A stretch of DNA of 64,000 nucleotides from Oculina patagonica (taxonomy: Eukaryota), in NCBI RefSeq assembly GCF_052425735.1, contig NC_135767.1, positions 6,138,001 through 6,202,000 on the forward strand. The letters run 5' to 3'. Below the pieces are notes generated by a model, which was not told the origin of the DNA, did not search any database, and saw only the letters and a list, made by a program, of their open reading frames with translations. How positions within the stretch are numbered: the first letter of the stretch is position 1; each line of letters starts with the position of its first letter. Below, one piece after another: positions 47,901 to 59,413 of the stretch. Position numbers and translations under genes: made by a program.

Positions 47901-50900
47901 AATATCTACCATCCATGACCTATCGTTGATACCTACCGTCGTAGACTTTCGTTTTCTTCTTGTATTTTTGCTGCCTCGGCCTGTAAAGAAACGAAATATA
48001 ACTCCATGTCATACATACAATGCAATTATGGTCAATTATACTCGAGTATGCTATAACACCCAGTAAAACGGACAACATTTTGTTCAACTTGTCTCGGGAC
48101 ATTGTTGCATTGCAAGTTGAACGAGATGCTGCGTGTATAGAGCGATTTTTACTTGAGTGTCGAAAGTAATTCACGTTTGCTTTGGTTTTGCATTACTACG
48201 CTTAGTGTTTGGTTTTAAAAACTCGCGCCACTTTCTCGACCAATCAAAAGTAAAACCAAAACCAATCGTGACTCACTCACACACGTTTTTCCGCGCTTCA
48301 AGCCATCTACATGTATTTACTTCGAGTTTTGATTGGTTCAATGGACTGTCTGTGCCTTTTGTGATTGGCCAGAGTGATAACTTTGGTTTTGGTTTTACCA
48401 TACTCAAATGAAAACCGCTCTTACCACCTGCGTGTACGTAAGCAACTTGTCACGCAACAAAATGCAGAGTTGCAGGAAGAAAACCTGAGGGAAATTTAGG
48501 ACGCGATTAGGAAGTGCTATAATGTTTTCGCTCTTTGTGGCTAAACCAGACAGATATACTTCATTACATGTCGTTACAAACGTGTTAACATGTTTTGAGG
48601 TTTTTTCTCTTTGATACCTTCATCGTCCCTATTTCGGTGTCAAGTCTTTTCCGAGCTTCCCTCGTTGCCAAATGAGCCTCTCTACAAGAAAATTGAAATG
48701 AAATGATAAAATCATATTATACGTAAAACTTTAGACAATGCATGCTGACTCTGAAAGAATACGCGCAACAATTTCAACGTGTGTCTATTATTTGTAACAT
48801 TGCGCGAAACAATTTCAACAATTCGTACAACGTTCCGCCCGTGCACTGACGTGCCAAATTTATTTGAACCGTTTTCTGCCATTTTTCCCAATCTCTAACC
48901 TAAACACGACGATTTGTTTCTTTGTCTATACTTCTTTTCTCTGAGAGCAAAAGTACTAGCAGTTTTGTCTATCTTGCCTATCTTGCTTTTCCAGAAATGT
49001 TGTTCAAATTGCAGCATATGTCGAAGATTAATTGGTCAAACAAAAAGTTTCGAGCTCTCAGTTATTTTTATATCCTACTTCCTTTCATACATGTACAAAA
49101 TCTGCAACATTTTAACATAACAGAGCACGATCCAGCCTCGTCCCCAGTCGTCCCCGGCGAATTTGGATGTGACGTCACCCGCCAAGCTTGTCGGAGTCCT
49201 CCTCCGCTCACTCGCATAGCGCGGTATGGCCTGGGGACGAGGCTGAGCACGATCATCAAGAGGTTATTTTTTTTACTTTTACTTACTCAACTTTAGCTGT
49301 TAATTTTTGTAACTTTTCTGTTTTAGTTTCATTATCAGCCTTGAGATCCTAAATCGAAACACAAACACGTTTAAAAAAACACATTTAAACAGAAAAGAAT
49401 TACTGTATACTAAATAGCACTGAAGAGAAAATAATTCGACAAAAAGAAAAACAAGAATGGGCAAGACTGAGGAACATTGAGACAGACTGTGAAAGAGAAC
49501 AAAATATTTTTGGCTAAACTTTTCAAAACGTGTGTACCATTTCATCTCCAATTTTCTCGAAAGTGAATGCAAGTGCGTTATCAAAGGCCCAGCAATACAT
49601 AACCCGAGATCATGCTCTATCTCCCTACTTATCACTCCGGGGAAGGAAGCGTTCTTTTTTTCCTCTCCCTTTCAAAAAATTTTATTTCAACTTGCCTCGC
49701 AACACTGTTGCATTGCAAGTTGTGAAAAGTTGTAAAGTGTGTTGCGCGTATTACCTCCCGTATTGCAAGTTGCGGCAACATGTTGCACTAAGTTAAACTC
49801 GTGTCTGCTTTGCGCAATATGTTGCCATGCATAACAACACTTCACAACTTGCAATGCAATATTGTTGCGAGATAAGTTGAAGGAAATGTTACCCTATTAC
49901 GAGGCCTTTATGAGCAGAAGGATATTCTCACTGTGTGCCCAATTTTCTAGTTTTCTCGTGATTGAGTAATCGCCAATGATGTACAAAAAGCTAAAATGGG
50001 CGATTTCGCACAGAGCCGACAGAACGACACCAGCAGATATACAGACTTAAAATTATAAACTTATAAAATTATAAAAGCCATGTAGAGTTAAGCGCGCAAC
50101 GTTTTGTAATTTTTACATTGAAAATTGAAGTTGCAGCAAAGTGTTGCGCAAAGTTGACACTAACTTCAACTTTGCAGTGAACATGTTGCGGCTATTCGCA
50201 ACTTATAACGCGCAACAACACTTTTCAATTTGCAGTGCAACACCTTATTTAATTTGCGCAAACTAGTATTTTCAATGTGAATATAATACTAACCTTGTTT
50301 TTCTTGTCAAGATTGTTGTACCTTTTCGAGAACTCGCTGTTAGCTGCGGGCAATTTTAAACTTCGGCGAACTGTTAAAACAATACACGTGTGATTCTAAG
50401 ATTAGTTTTAAGAGTGAGAAAAACAGTTTTCAATTTTTCTACCAAATTATAACTCTTAAGTGGAAAAAACCTGAATGACATTTAAAAAAGGGAAAAGAAT
50501 GAAGCGGGAGTAAAAAATTTTTGAAAATAACTGAGTGATGACGTGTGGTTGCTATGGCGTCTTATCACGCGTTGCCAAGGTTTTGCGCGTGCCGCAACAA
50601 GATAGATTTTCAACAACGATTTGTTTTTACCCACAACTAGCTAGAAGACAAATTTTGAAAAAAAGCTTTGTTTCGAGTCGCTTTTTACACTACAGCACTA
50701 ACGTCCGCGAGGTTTTGTTTGGAGTTGTAAGGGTTTTTTAACGTCTCTTTCTCGATCTTCTCAATCGTTTAAGGCAGTTTCTCTAGTCTCCAGGTTTGCA
50801 TTGCGGCAAATTCTCAACTGCAATTCAAAACTTAAAAGTGTAAAAATTTCCCGACTTGATCATTTTTCTATAATAACAATTGTTATTTAACCTCACCTGC

Positions 50901-50924
50901 GGAGTATCTGTGTCCAGATGCCAT
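38956..50924 (-). CDS. Multi-exon coiled-coil protein gene (about 22 short exons, about 330 aa; 3' end uncertain; one apparent frameshift)
   Basis: AG/GT-bounded exons with matching phases: 50924-50897, 50370-50294, 49348-49287, 48681-48618, 47980-47937, 47398-47350, 47224-47193, 45917-45872, 45722-45689 (weak acceptor), 45537-45515, 45026-44979, 44520-44489, 43904-43865, 43659-43618, 43439-43417, 43264-43241 (weak donor), 43153-43108, 43013-42920 (one base off frame), 41812-41781, 40788-40743, 40223-40195, 39013-38956. Spliced product is E/K/L-rich (MASGHRYSAVRRSLKL...DLKADNETKTEKLQKLTAKVEEAHLATREARKRLDTEIGTMKAEAAKIQEENESLRRQIDEY...). Confidence 0.75.
41137..41622. repeat. Roughly 280-bp interspersed repeat with a nested MITE
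   Basis: aaaccaaagtaatcactctggccaatcacaaagg...gaaaaccgctc family; other copies at about 42207-42650 and inverted at 48139-48421. Confidence 0.7.
41319..41508. mobile_element. TA-flanked MITE (Tc1/mariner/pogo-type ends)
   Basis: TA-cagtcaactct...agagttgactg-TA with internal cggacacc/ggtgtccg inverted motifs. Confidence 0.8.
45069..45495. mobile_element. TA-flanked MITE with long TIRs
   Basis: cagtcaaaccggatgttcttttgatgggaactttgcaatg... is inverted at 45456-45495 and continues imperfectly to about 100 bp. Confidence 0.85.
46063..46648. mobile_element. hAT-like MITE with 8-bp TSD
   Basis: TIR tagggctttccacaagttgc / gcaacttgtagaaagcccta; aactcagt at 46055-46062 and 46649-46656; subterminal aagttgc repeats. 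Confidence 0.88.
49133..49245. mobile_element. 113-bp MITE with 15-bp TIR and 9-bp TSD (Academ- or Mutator-like)
   Basis: cagcctcgtccccag / ctggggacgaggctg; agcacgatc at 49124-49132 and 49246-49254. Confidence 0.85.
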
Positions 50925-51174
50925 TGTATTCTTTCGATGTTTTATTGGTTTGCAGATCTTAACTAACTTCGCCCAGCGCTACTGGTCAACTGTAAACGCT
51001 CTCTGTATAAGTTCTGACGTGTGAAATGTTACTTTGTTACGTGAAGCTTGCGCCACTCGCAAACATTTGCGCGCGCCAGTATCTTTGTCTAGATAAAAAT
51101 TGAAATGCGGCATTATTGACTTCGTCAGGGTTAAAAAATACCTCAGTTTAGCTTCGTCTTTTTGCCGGTTTTAG

Positions 51175-51465
51175 GGAGGCAAGCGTGGCCGAGTGGTTAG
51201 GGCGCTTGTGTTGTAATCTGGAGGTCCCCGGTTCAAGACCTGCCCCTGCCATTAGCTGGATTTGTTTCTCGGTTGTCCCGAGTTCAAATCCTCGATCACG
51301 CTTTGTACACAGCCAACTGGTCTGCCTCCTGCCAGTTGGGATTTTTAACCTTGTTATGTTCATTTAAATATTTGTTTCCTCTGTTTCAGTGGCATGCCTG
51401 TAAACTAGCTATCTCGAAGAGATATGAAGCTAAGTGCATGACCACTATAAACAACATTTACATTT
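51175..51465 (+). mobile_element. tRNA-derived SINE
   Basis: A box TGGCCGAGTGG and B box GGTTCAAGACC, then a non-tRNA body and a short (acattt) repeat tail. Confidence 0.75.
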
Positions 51466-54016
51466 TTTTACGCAACAAACAAACTTTTTGTAAGTAGATC
51501 AGGTTTCATATTTATCTTCAGATCTTGGATTCATTCCACTTTTGGGATAAACATTGCTTTGTGTTTAACATGAACAGGACAGCTGTCTATTCGAGTTATC
51601 CAAAACGAAATGAAGTATTTTCTACGCAAATATTGTGAATAAAGTCCTGGACAAGCGGTGTGACAGTGCATGCAATGTTGAACGTAAATTAACCGTTTGA
51701 AATTGTGATGAGCAACTTTGCGCACGACATTTTTTACGCGTATCAGCTATCTGCACATTGCGCGCAATGGCGTCGCAGTGAAACTATCAGCCATTTCCTT
51801 CTTCCTACCTTGTGTCCATTCGATCTATTACCCTAACGCAACAATCCGTTTTTTTGGCTTTGCTACTCTGAGAGCAAAAGCGCCAACTATCCTCCGGTGC
51901 ATGGTTTCTTCTACATTTATGAATCCGTATATCGCTTTACGGGCAAATTGTTTCAGGGAAAAATTGTGGCCCATCATGGATAGGAAATAAGAACCTAACC
52001 AGGCATGTTTATTTGTCGGTACTAGATTGCCTTCTTCCGCCCTTATTGCGCGCAATGCTGAGCGCTATTCTTAAGTTGCACTTTTTGTCCACCATACACA
52101 GAAATTGTTGCGCGCAACACGATAAAGTAGAGACAGGGGCGGAAACGTTGCAATTTTGTAATGCGCAATGTTGCACCGTGCGTTCGGGCCTTCATGCCCT
52201 CTCCCCTCTAATTTTTTTTGTAATTTTGCTCCGTCTCGAGCCCCCGCTTTCACTTGCCTCTTGCGCTCTCGAAAAGGAAAATAACGGATACACTGGCTAG
52301 TCTATCTGTGTTATGCTCAAAACAATTGGTTCCGTAATTGAACAGATTTTTTTGGCAATTAACATACCCTTCTATTTTATTTGCTCTATCTACTAGGCGC
52401 GAAGGTATGGAGTGAGGTTAGATAGCGCATGCTTCTCACCCCTTCTCCCACAATGGTGGATATTATAATTCCTTCATATTTATACAATTGCACCCCCCCC
52501 CCCCCCCTCCTCCCCATCTATTGTTTCCTCCATTTGCCCCTTGGAATACAGTACTTATACAACTACCCGTTACCTTTGCAGTTTTTAGGGAAATAAAAAG
52601 TGGCTAAAGACAAATGGAAACTTTTTAATATATACTGTCATAAACACCTCAGAAATAAGAAACATTATAAGCTGCTAGTTTTACTGTAGGCATTTTTTTA
52701 CAAATATATCACAAAACAATGGTATGTTTTATATTACGATAAATTGATTTCTTTGTGAATACCTGTTGTAAATACACTGCATTACAACTTATTGCATACT
52801 ATTTGAATAAAGCACTATTCATTGGCAGAATCAAGGCTTGCAATGGGCTTGTAGCTCCATTTTGTCCAAACAAGGGCTTGGGTGAAGAGAAGCCAGGCAG
52901 CCCCCTTTACAAAGTGGTAATTTAGGACACCTTAATACCCGGGGGGGGGGGGGACTACTCAAAAAAGGTTTTAACGATATCCCTACCCTTTCATATACCT
53001 ATACTTGTGAAATCCCTACTCTTTTATGTACCTGAAGCATGAAAAAGGTACCCCTTTTGGGCAGAGCCTCCCTGTATAGGCCATTATAGAAAGTGACCCC
53101 TCCCCCCCCCCCTTCCCTCCGGCTTCAATATAGAATCTCCACCTCTATAATACAGACCCCTACATAATATAGACAATCAGTGTCTTTGGTGTCCATATCG
53201 AAGTGATTGAACTGCATAGGAACTCCATTATTTAACACAATCTTATGTTTTTAGACTAGCTGATCAAAAAGGCCTCAAAAGACCTTAAAATAATATACCT
53301 GCCAGTTATTATGGTTACATTTTGCACGTTAGTTTAAAAGAGAAATATAAAACTACTGTTATATGTTTACAAGACCCGTGCAAATACGTTGTCAGAACAT
53401 ATCCATACCTCCCCCATAGGAGGTTTATTGATTTGAACCCCCACCCCACCCCTCTGGAAATTTCATTTTTGCTTTACACTTTTCTTTCAAAATTTTGGGT
53501 TTTGAAACCCCCCACCTCCACAGAATTTCCAATGACCTTCTGTGAGGTAGGGTATGGACATTTTCTGGAATGACACAATGGGAGAACTTGGCAGTCTTAG
53601 AGTAAAACTAACCCTCATTTGAGGTTCACAGTGGCAGTTCCATAGGTGCTCAAAAGGGAGGAGGGGCTGAAATGAAGATAAGCCCAAATTTGGAAAAAGA
53701 GGACCCTGGAGTGAGGGAGTGAGGGGAGTGAGAGTGGGACCCTTCTTGGTCCAATAGGGGGAGGTAAGATAGAAATGTTTTTGCACCTCATCACAACTTT
53801 TCTTTTCAGGCATTGGAATGAAGCGGGGGGGGGGGGGGGTTGGAGGGTGATGAAGCATCCCCTAGATCTGCCACTGGCTCAGTTCCATTTACCGGTAAAC
53901 TTTCAACTTCATGTTCTCCTTAACTCAGTCTCATGATCACGTCAGGTTATCAGTAAACATGCACAACATACACATACATTATCTTATGGTAGCTTAAGTC
54001 ATACTGGCATTGTCAA

Positions 54017-55795
54017 TCATGATTGTGCCATTGATGATAACTGACGGGGAATCAAAGGCTCCCTTTCATCATCTCTTGTTTCTACTCTTGTTTCGGTACT
54101 ACCAGTACTGGTGTTTCCTGTCGAAGATGATTGACAGTGTTGAGAATTTCCTGACTGCTTGTGCCGCCAGTTGTATTGGAACTGCGTCAATCTTCTGTTC
54201 ATGATGAAAAAGTGAAGAAACATGTGCAAGCTGAAACCAAGATGGATGGGTGCCGCAGCCTGGAGAAATGTTGACATGGTGCTACTGATATGTGCCTGAG
54301 CTAGAAGCTTCTCGACTCGACCATTGTATTCATCCACAACAAATGAGATAACCAGTGAAAATAATGCCATCATGATTGTCGATACATAAAAATGTTTTGC
54401 TCTAAGTCTACTGCTCTCTCGGTCACAGCCAAAGTGTGGACCCATTTTGACAAAGAAGTAGAGCTGGAAAATGATTGTGATGGCGTAAACAAAGTCCTTT
54501 AGTGTTGTCCAAGTGAGGTATTGGAACAGTTCTGCATTGCTGGATGCCGAATATCTAGTGGCCCACAGAGCGCAGTATGAGGCTTTCACAAACCAGAAGA
54601 TGAATCCGATGGTGCCCATGAAGCAAACCATGACGTCAATAGCTTTAGACTCTGTTTCACGCCACTTGCTTCTGTTGAAGTTAAACTCGCCATCATTTTC
54701 AACAATGCTCACATTTCCGTAAAGCAACAGAAGGCCAAAAACTACAACAACGACACAGGCTATGATGGGGAATACATTTGACCATTTACCAACAAATCCA
54801 AGGTACTGAAGGCCTGCGACAAGCTGGGTGGCCATCAAAATGAGACCAATGACATAACCATAGCCCGAGGAATGGGAAATCTCCACATTCACGACCGCAT
54901 CATAAGAATCTTGCATTAGCGCCTCGTTAGCATCGGGATCAAATATCTCACGTACATGCCGATTTGTGCGTACTTCCATCAATTCTAGAGAATGCTCCAG
55001 AAACAGTAAGCAGCACAAAAGTCTGTAGTCAATAAGCAAGGCATTGTATGCAGATTTAACAATGGAAAATCCATCGCCGAACAGTTTGACTACAAATTCA
55101 TTATCAGAGCGCGATGTTACTACCGAGTCAACCCAGAAAGCAAAATTGAAGACCGAGATTATCTTAAAGAGCCATGAACATGCCATGCGCAGATCACCTC
55201 TGGCAACTTTGTGACGCAAGCTAAAGTAGTATAAGCTTGCCTGGACAATCTTCTGTACCAATGCCGTGTACAATACCGCTGCATATGTCGTATTTGGTGC
55301 CTGTTTAGCTGAGCCAATAGCGAACAATAGTTCTAGGATACTCAGCGGAACAGTCACAACCCAAATTATGAGTCCCATGCTGCCATGCATGTATCCAACC
55401 GGAAGTCGTTCATAACCGTAATCGTCTAGGGGTTGGTCGGGGGAAGCGTTCTCGAACAACACCGCACTTCCCAAAATTAGCACTCCAATTCCACAGAAGA
55501 TCAGTAAAGTTAACCGATACACTGCATAAACTGACTGCTCAGTGTAGGAACTTAGCGTTGTAATAACAGTAAGCAAAGCTCCGAGGAAGAAGATTACAAC
55601 TCCGATGCGAGTTTCCACGATGTGGCGACATAAACGCCATTGGTAATAGACAAACAGCGTTACACAAGCCAAGCCGTAGAGGAAAGATGCAAGAGTTACA
55701 AGAATCACGGCCGTTGTGAAGGAGACATCAAGCGTTACTTCATTGGTGCCGTTTTCTGAGCTTGAGATCGTGTCTTGAGCGATCGAGACTCGCAT
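54017..55795 (-). CDS. Intronless 592-aa, about 12-TM protein; divergent otopetrin (proton channel)-like
   Basis: Two 6-TM halves. HGS before TM3, VQKIVQ, FNFAFW, LFG..F.IV...ALLIDYRL, ID/G motif in TM9, IIFQLYFF and PIHLGFSLH resemble otopetrin consensus segments (recalled, not searched). Confidence 0.7.
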   Translation of the reverse strand: MRVSIAQDTISSSENGTNEVTLDVSFTTAVILVTLASFLYGLACVTLFVYYQWRLCRHIVETRIGVVIFFLGALLTVITTLSSYTEQSVYAVYRLTLLIFCGIGVLILGSAVLFENASPDQPLDDYGYERLPVGYMHGSMGLIIWVVTVPLSILELLFAIGSAKQAPNTTYAAVLYTALVQKIVQASLYYFSLRHKVARGDLRMACSWLFKIISVFNFAFWVDSVVTSRSDNEFVVKLFGDGFSIVKSAYNALLIDYRLLCCLLFLEHSLELMEVRTNRHVREIFDPDANEALMQDSYDAVVNVEISHSSGYGYVIGLILMATQLVAGLQYLGFVGKWSNVFPIIACVVVVVFGLLLLYGNVSIVENDGEFNFNRSKWRETESKAIDVMVCFMGTIGFIFWFVKASYCALWATRYSASSNAELFQYLTWTTLKDFVYAITIIFQLYFFVKMGPHFGCDRESSRLRAKHFYVSTIMMALFSLVISFVVDEYNGRVEKLLAQAHISSTMSTFLQAAAPIHLGFSLHMFLHFFIMNRRLTQFQYNWRHKQSGNSQHCQSSSTGNTSTGSTETRVETRDDEREPLIPRQLSSMAQS

Positions 55796-56463
55796 CTTGA
55801 CGAACCAGAAATGTGCTAAACTTTGAATTCCAAGTTCTCACTTTACAACAATCGCTGCAAAATTTGATCAGCAAACGGGTCAGTTGGGCAAATCTGGGAA
55901 AATCAGAACAAAATGACAACGAAAAGTAAGCTTACCTTTCAGATATAAAGTTTTGCGAAGTTGTATTCTAAAGTTGCAGAGGTCATGAAACTTTAAAGGC
56001 CCCCTCCTCGTGATCTGAGTTTTTGCAAGGTTTGAGTTCCGGGGTTCCCCGAAAAAACACCGGAAGTCAAGGCGAAACACGCAATGGCCTTTATTAGCAC
56101 ACGGAACAAATTCCATCGGGTAGGGTAGGGTGGGTCACGCAATCTCAAAGATGAAAAAAAGAAATAATAAGAAGTCTAAGAAAATGCAAGATGTTGAAAA
56201 CTAAAACTGTTTATTTCCCGTTACTCTTTGGCTTTTTTTTTAATTTGATAATTCAAAACTTTTGGAAAAGCAGTAAAAGCCAAACATTTAGGTCGAATTC
56301 CCAGTTCCCAGGGGTCCCTTGTTTCAATTTCGTCGTTCCCAGGATCTTCCGGGGATAGGGAGCGGAAACTAGGAACGAAGTTGGTAGAGGACATTATAGT
56401 GCTTATTACATAACGTACTAGTTTAGAGCAGCGTTTACAGTCGTGTTTGCAGTGCAGTTGTCA
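55796..56463. promoter_or_regulatory. Candidate bidirectional promoter
   Basis: 668 bp between divergent ATGs (55795 minus, 56464 plus); ETS-type CCGGAAGT at 56060-56067. Confidence 0.55.
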
Positions 56464-59376
56464 ATGGACTTTCTTCTCGCTGAAATCGAAAGAAAAAAGA
56501 AACAGATCAATCAAAATGAAGTTACTTCGGTAAGTTTATAGTCGTAAGTCTTAAAAAAATGTAGCTGTCGGAATTTTGCATTGAAAATATGAGTGAAAGA
56601 CGCAATGACGTTTTCATGTTTAAAACTATGGTTTAGCACGACATCATCTGACAAAAATACATCGTAATTTCCTCAGCATAAAGCTTACCCAATTATAGGA
56701 TCTGTTTTGTTCGTTTCTAGTCGCAGGTCTTCGTAACACTGACGAAAAAACAATGTTTTAAAGGACCACATAATCAGACGCTCACATAATACACAGCATG
56801 CATGTATAATGGCGTAAACACTGTGTACTGAAGGCGCATAAAAGTGTAACGTGTTATTTTAAAATTCTTTCTTATACCAGTTCAAACTTCGATTTTCTCA
56901 TATAACAAATCAAAATTGGGTAGGCCCAATGGAGCAACTTCAGAATACCCAGCCACTCACACCCTCCATAAATCTGCTGCTCCCGTGGTCCTTGGTCCGT
57001 AGTCAGCTAGCAAGTCTATTATTTAATTAGTGTTGAACTGATGTGCTACCGCAGTCCGCAGTCCCGCAGTCAATGTATAAGGAATGGACTAAGTATTAAA
57101 CTTAAGTGCTACCGTGGTCCGCAGTCCCGCAGTCAATGAATAAGCAATGAACTAAGTACTGAATTGAAGTGCTACCGCGGTCTGCAGTCCCGAAGTCGAT
57201 GAATAAGGAATGAACTTCCTATTTAACTGATGCGCTACCGCGGTCCACAGTGCTGAAGTCGATGAATAAGAATTAAGCATAAAACTGTTTATTCACGTTT
57301 AGCGCGCTTGTTTCGTGTGGGCTGATGGATTAAAGGACACGAACGAGCAAGGTATATTTGCTTGTGTCTAGTTCCGTATGCAAATTTTTTGGCAACACCG
57401 GGCCTAATACACACTTATTGAAGTCGTCTTTTGCGCAATGCACCTATAGAACGTGTAATACACACTTTTGTTGAAGTTTTCTTTCGCACTACACGCATTA
57501 AAAATGAGAAAGAATGAGTACTTTACAAAGCCCAAATATTTCTGCGCGTTTTTCGTTTCTTATGTTAATTAGATACACTGTGGACTGCGGACTGCAGTAG
57601 CAAGGTCAACGTAAAGCGCTAGCTAGCAATGCATTTATTTCTTTAGTTAACTATATATGAATTAATTTAGTATGTTATTGTTGTTGTTGTATAGAAGTTG
57701 TAGTTGTTGTGGTTACCTGGGGGTTTTATTTTATTACTGTCATCATATTTTGCTGCAGAACAAAAAATACTTCAGACGAGGTGACCTAGCAGCCAAACAA
57801 GCAGAGGAATATAAAAAGAAACAAGAGGTAAATAAATTCTTGGATATTCCCATTCTCAAATATAAATTTCTCTTTCTTTTTTTCTTAGAAATTTTGATGC
57901 CAGGTATTTTTGGGTCTAAAATTTCAGGCTTGTGTATTTTTTTGGGTTTGCAATATGAAGCTCCGTCGGACCCCCCATCATGTATACTTCGAGTACCCCC
58001 CCCCCCCCCCTGGGTCTCATTACTTAGCTTACACAGCTTAACAATGCTGGGTTTGCACGTGAAGAAAAAATAAAACACGCCATCATACTGTGTTGGTTGT
58101 GTAGACTAAACAGCCACAAAAATGGTATCTTTTAGTGGTGTAAAAAGCTTGAGCCATACCCAGATTGGTATCCTTTAGGGGTTTAATTAAAATTTTCTGA
58201 CAAGCATCCCATCCCTTTCATTTGGGAGTCCTCCCCCTGCCCCTTTCCCATCCCCCCTTCCCCCCCCCCTCATGTTCTGGCTTACTGTAAAGACGGAGGA
58301 AAATCTGAAGTGTCAGCATAAAGTTCTGTAGTTTCACTCAGTAATTTAATTTTTTTTTATTGTAGGAAAAGCTCAAGGATAAAGAGGTATGCTGTTCCAC
58401 TTATCAAATAAGAAATCAATTTTTTCCTTAATTATAGAGTAGTCTTAATTGACATCAAAATTCTTTTATCTCACTTTAACATAACTTTAACAAAAATTTA
58501 ACTAGTCTCACTCGGAAACATATACTTTAGATATAATGGATTGATGAAGACCAGCTGTGCCATTTCGAAAACTGTGAGAAATGAGAACATATATTTGGGA
58601 AGGGTCATTTTACAGCTTCTGATATGGTTTGAAACAGAGAAATTTCCTGAACATCATTGTAGATTTCCATACAAGAGTTCTATTCAGTGGGGGATATCTT
58701 CAAATGATTTGCGGCATTCAGTTGAATACTCTTAATCTGAAGGAAATAATCAAATCTGCATGGATTTCTCTTGTGTAATCTGCATGTTAATCAAGGTTAA
58801 CACTCATAAAATAAGATACGCCCAAGTTTTTTGTTTAATTTGTTAATGCCATTTCTCTATTGGAAAATCAAGGACAAGTGTACATCCCAAGAAACAAATT
58901 ATTAGTTATTAACTTAAGATTTTTGTTATATCACTCACTTTGAACAAAGAAAAACATTTCAACCAAAGCTTAGGGGAAGTGAGCCTGTAAGTCATTTTTT
59001 TTTTTAATTTGACAGTAAAATATTATGTAACATGACCCATCCTTACAGCCAATTTCGTAATGATTGTTGTATAAGAATTAAGAAAAAAAGATCTTGATTG
59101 TCCTTGAGAAGAAACAAAATAATGTAACTGTTTGTTTTGTTCTTCAGGTAAAGACTGGAAAAAGACCTGGAGATGATGACATATTTTTTGCATTCAAAAG
59201 AAAGAAAGAGGAAGGTGAATCTAAGTCAGCAATGATCCCAAGAGAAGAGGTTATTATTTTATCATATCTATTAAACTATTGTTGGGTTTCAGTGGCCTAA
59301 TCGTAACTATGCTGGACGCCAGATCGAGCGGTCCGGGTTGAAGCCTTGGCTGGGGCTCTGCATTGTGTTCTTGGGC

Positions 59377-59413
<37 letters not shown>

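Noticed and set aside
49931-49990. Possible extra exon of the coiled-coil gene
   Set aside because: It has AG/GT ends, but its phase does not chain with the next well-supported exon and the peptide is not coiled-coil-like.
51495-51530. Minus-strand CTGAAGA...GAAA hammerhead-like words
   Set aside because: No stem II or proper stem III can form.
52490-53850. Poly-C/poly-G tracts as G-quadruplex regulators
   Set aside because: Similar tracts recur at the ends of short interspersed repeats throughout 52-64 kb, and nothing supports a specific function.
57040-57275. Regular 60-bp repeats resembling a CRISPR array
   Set aside because: The units are wholly homologous with no unique spacers, there are no cas genes, and they lie in a eukaryotic intron.
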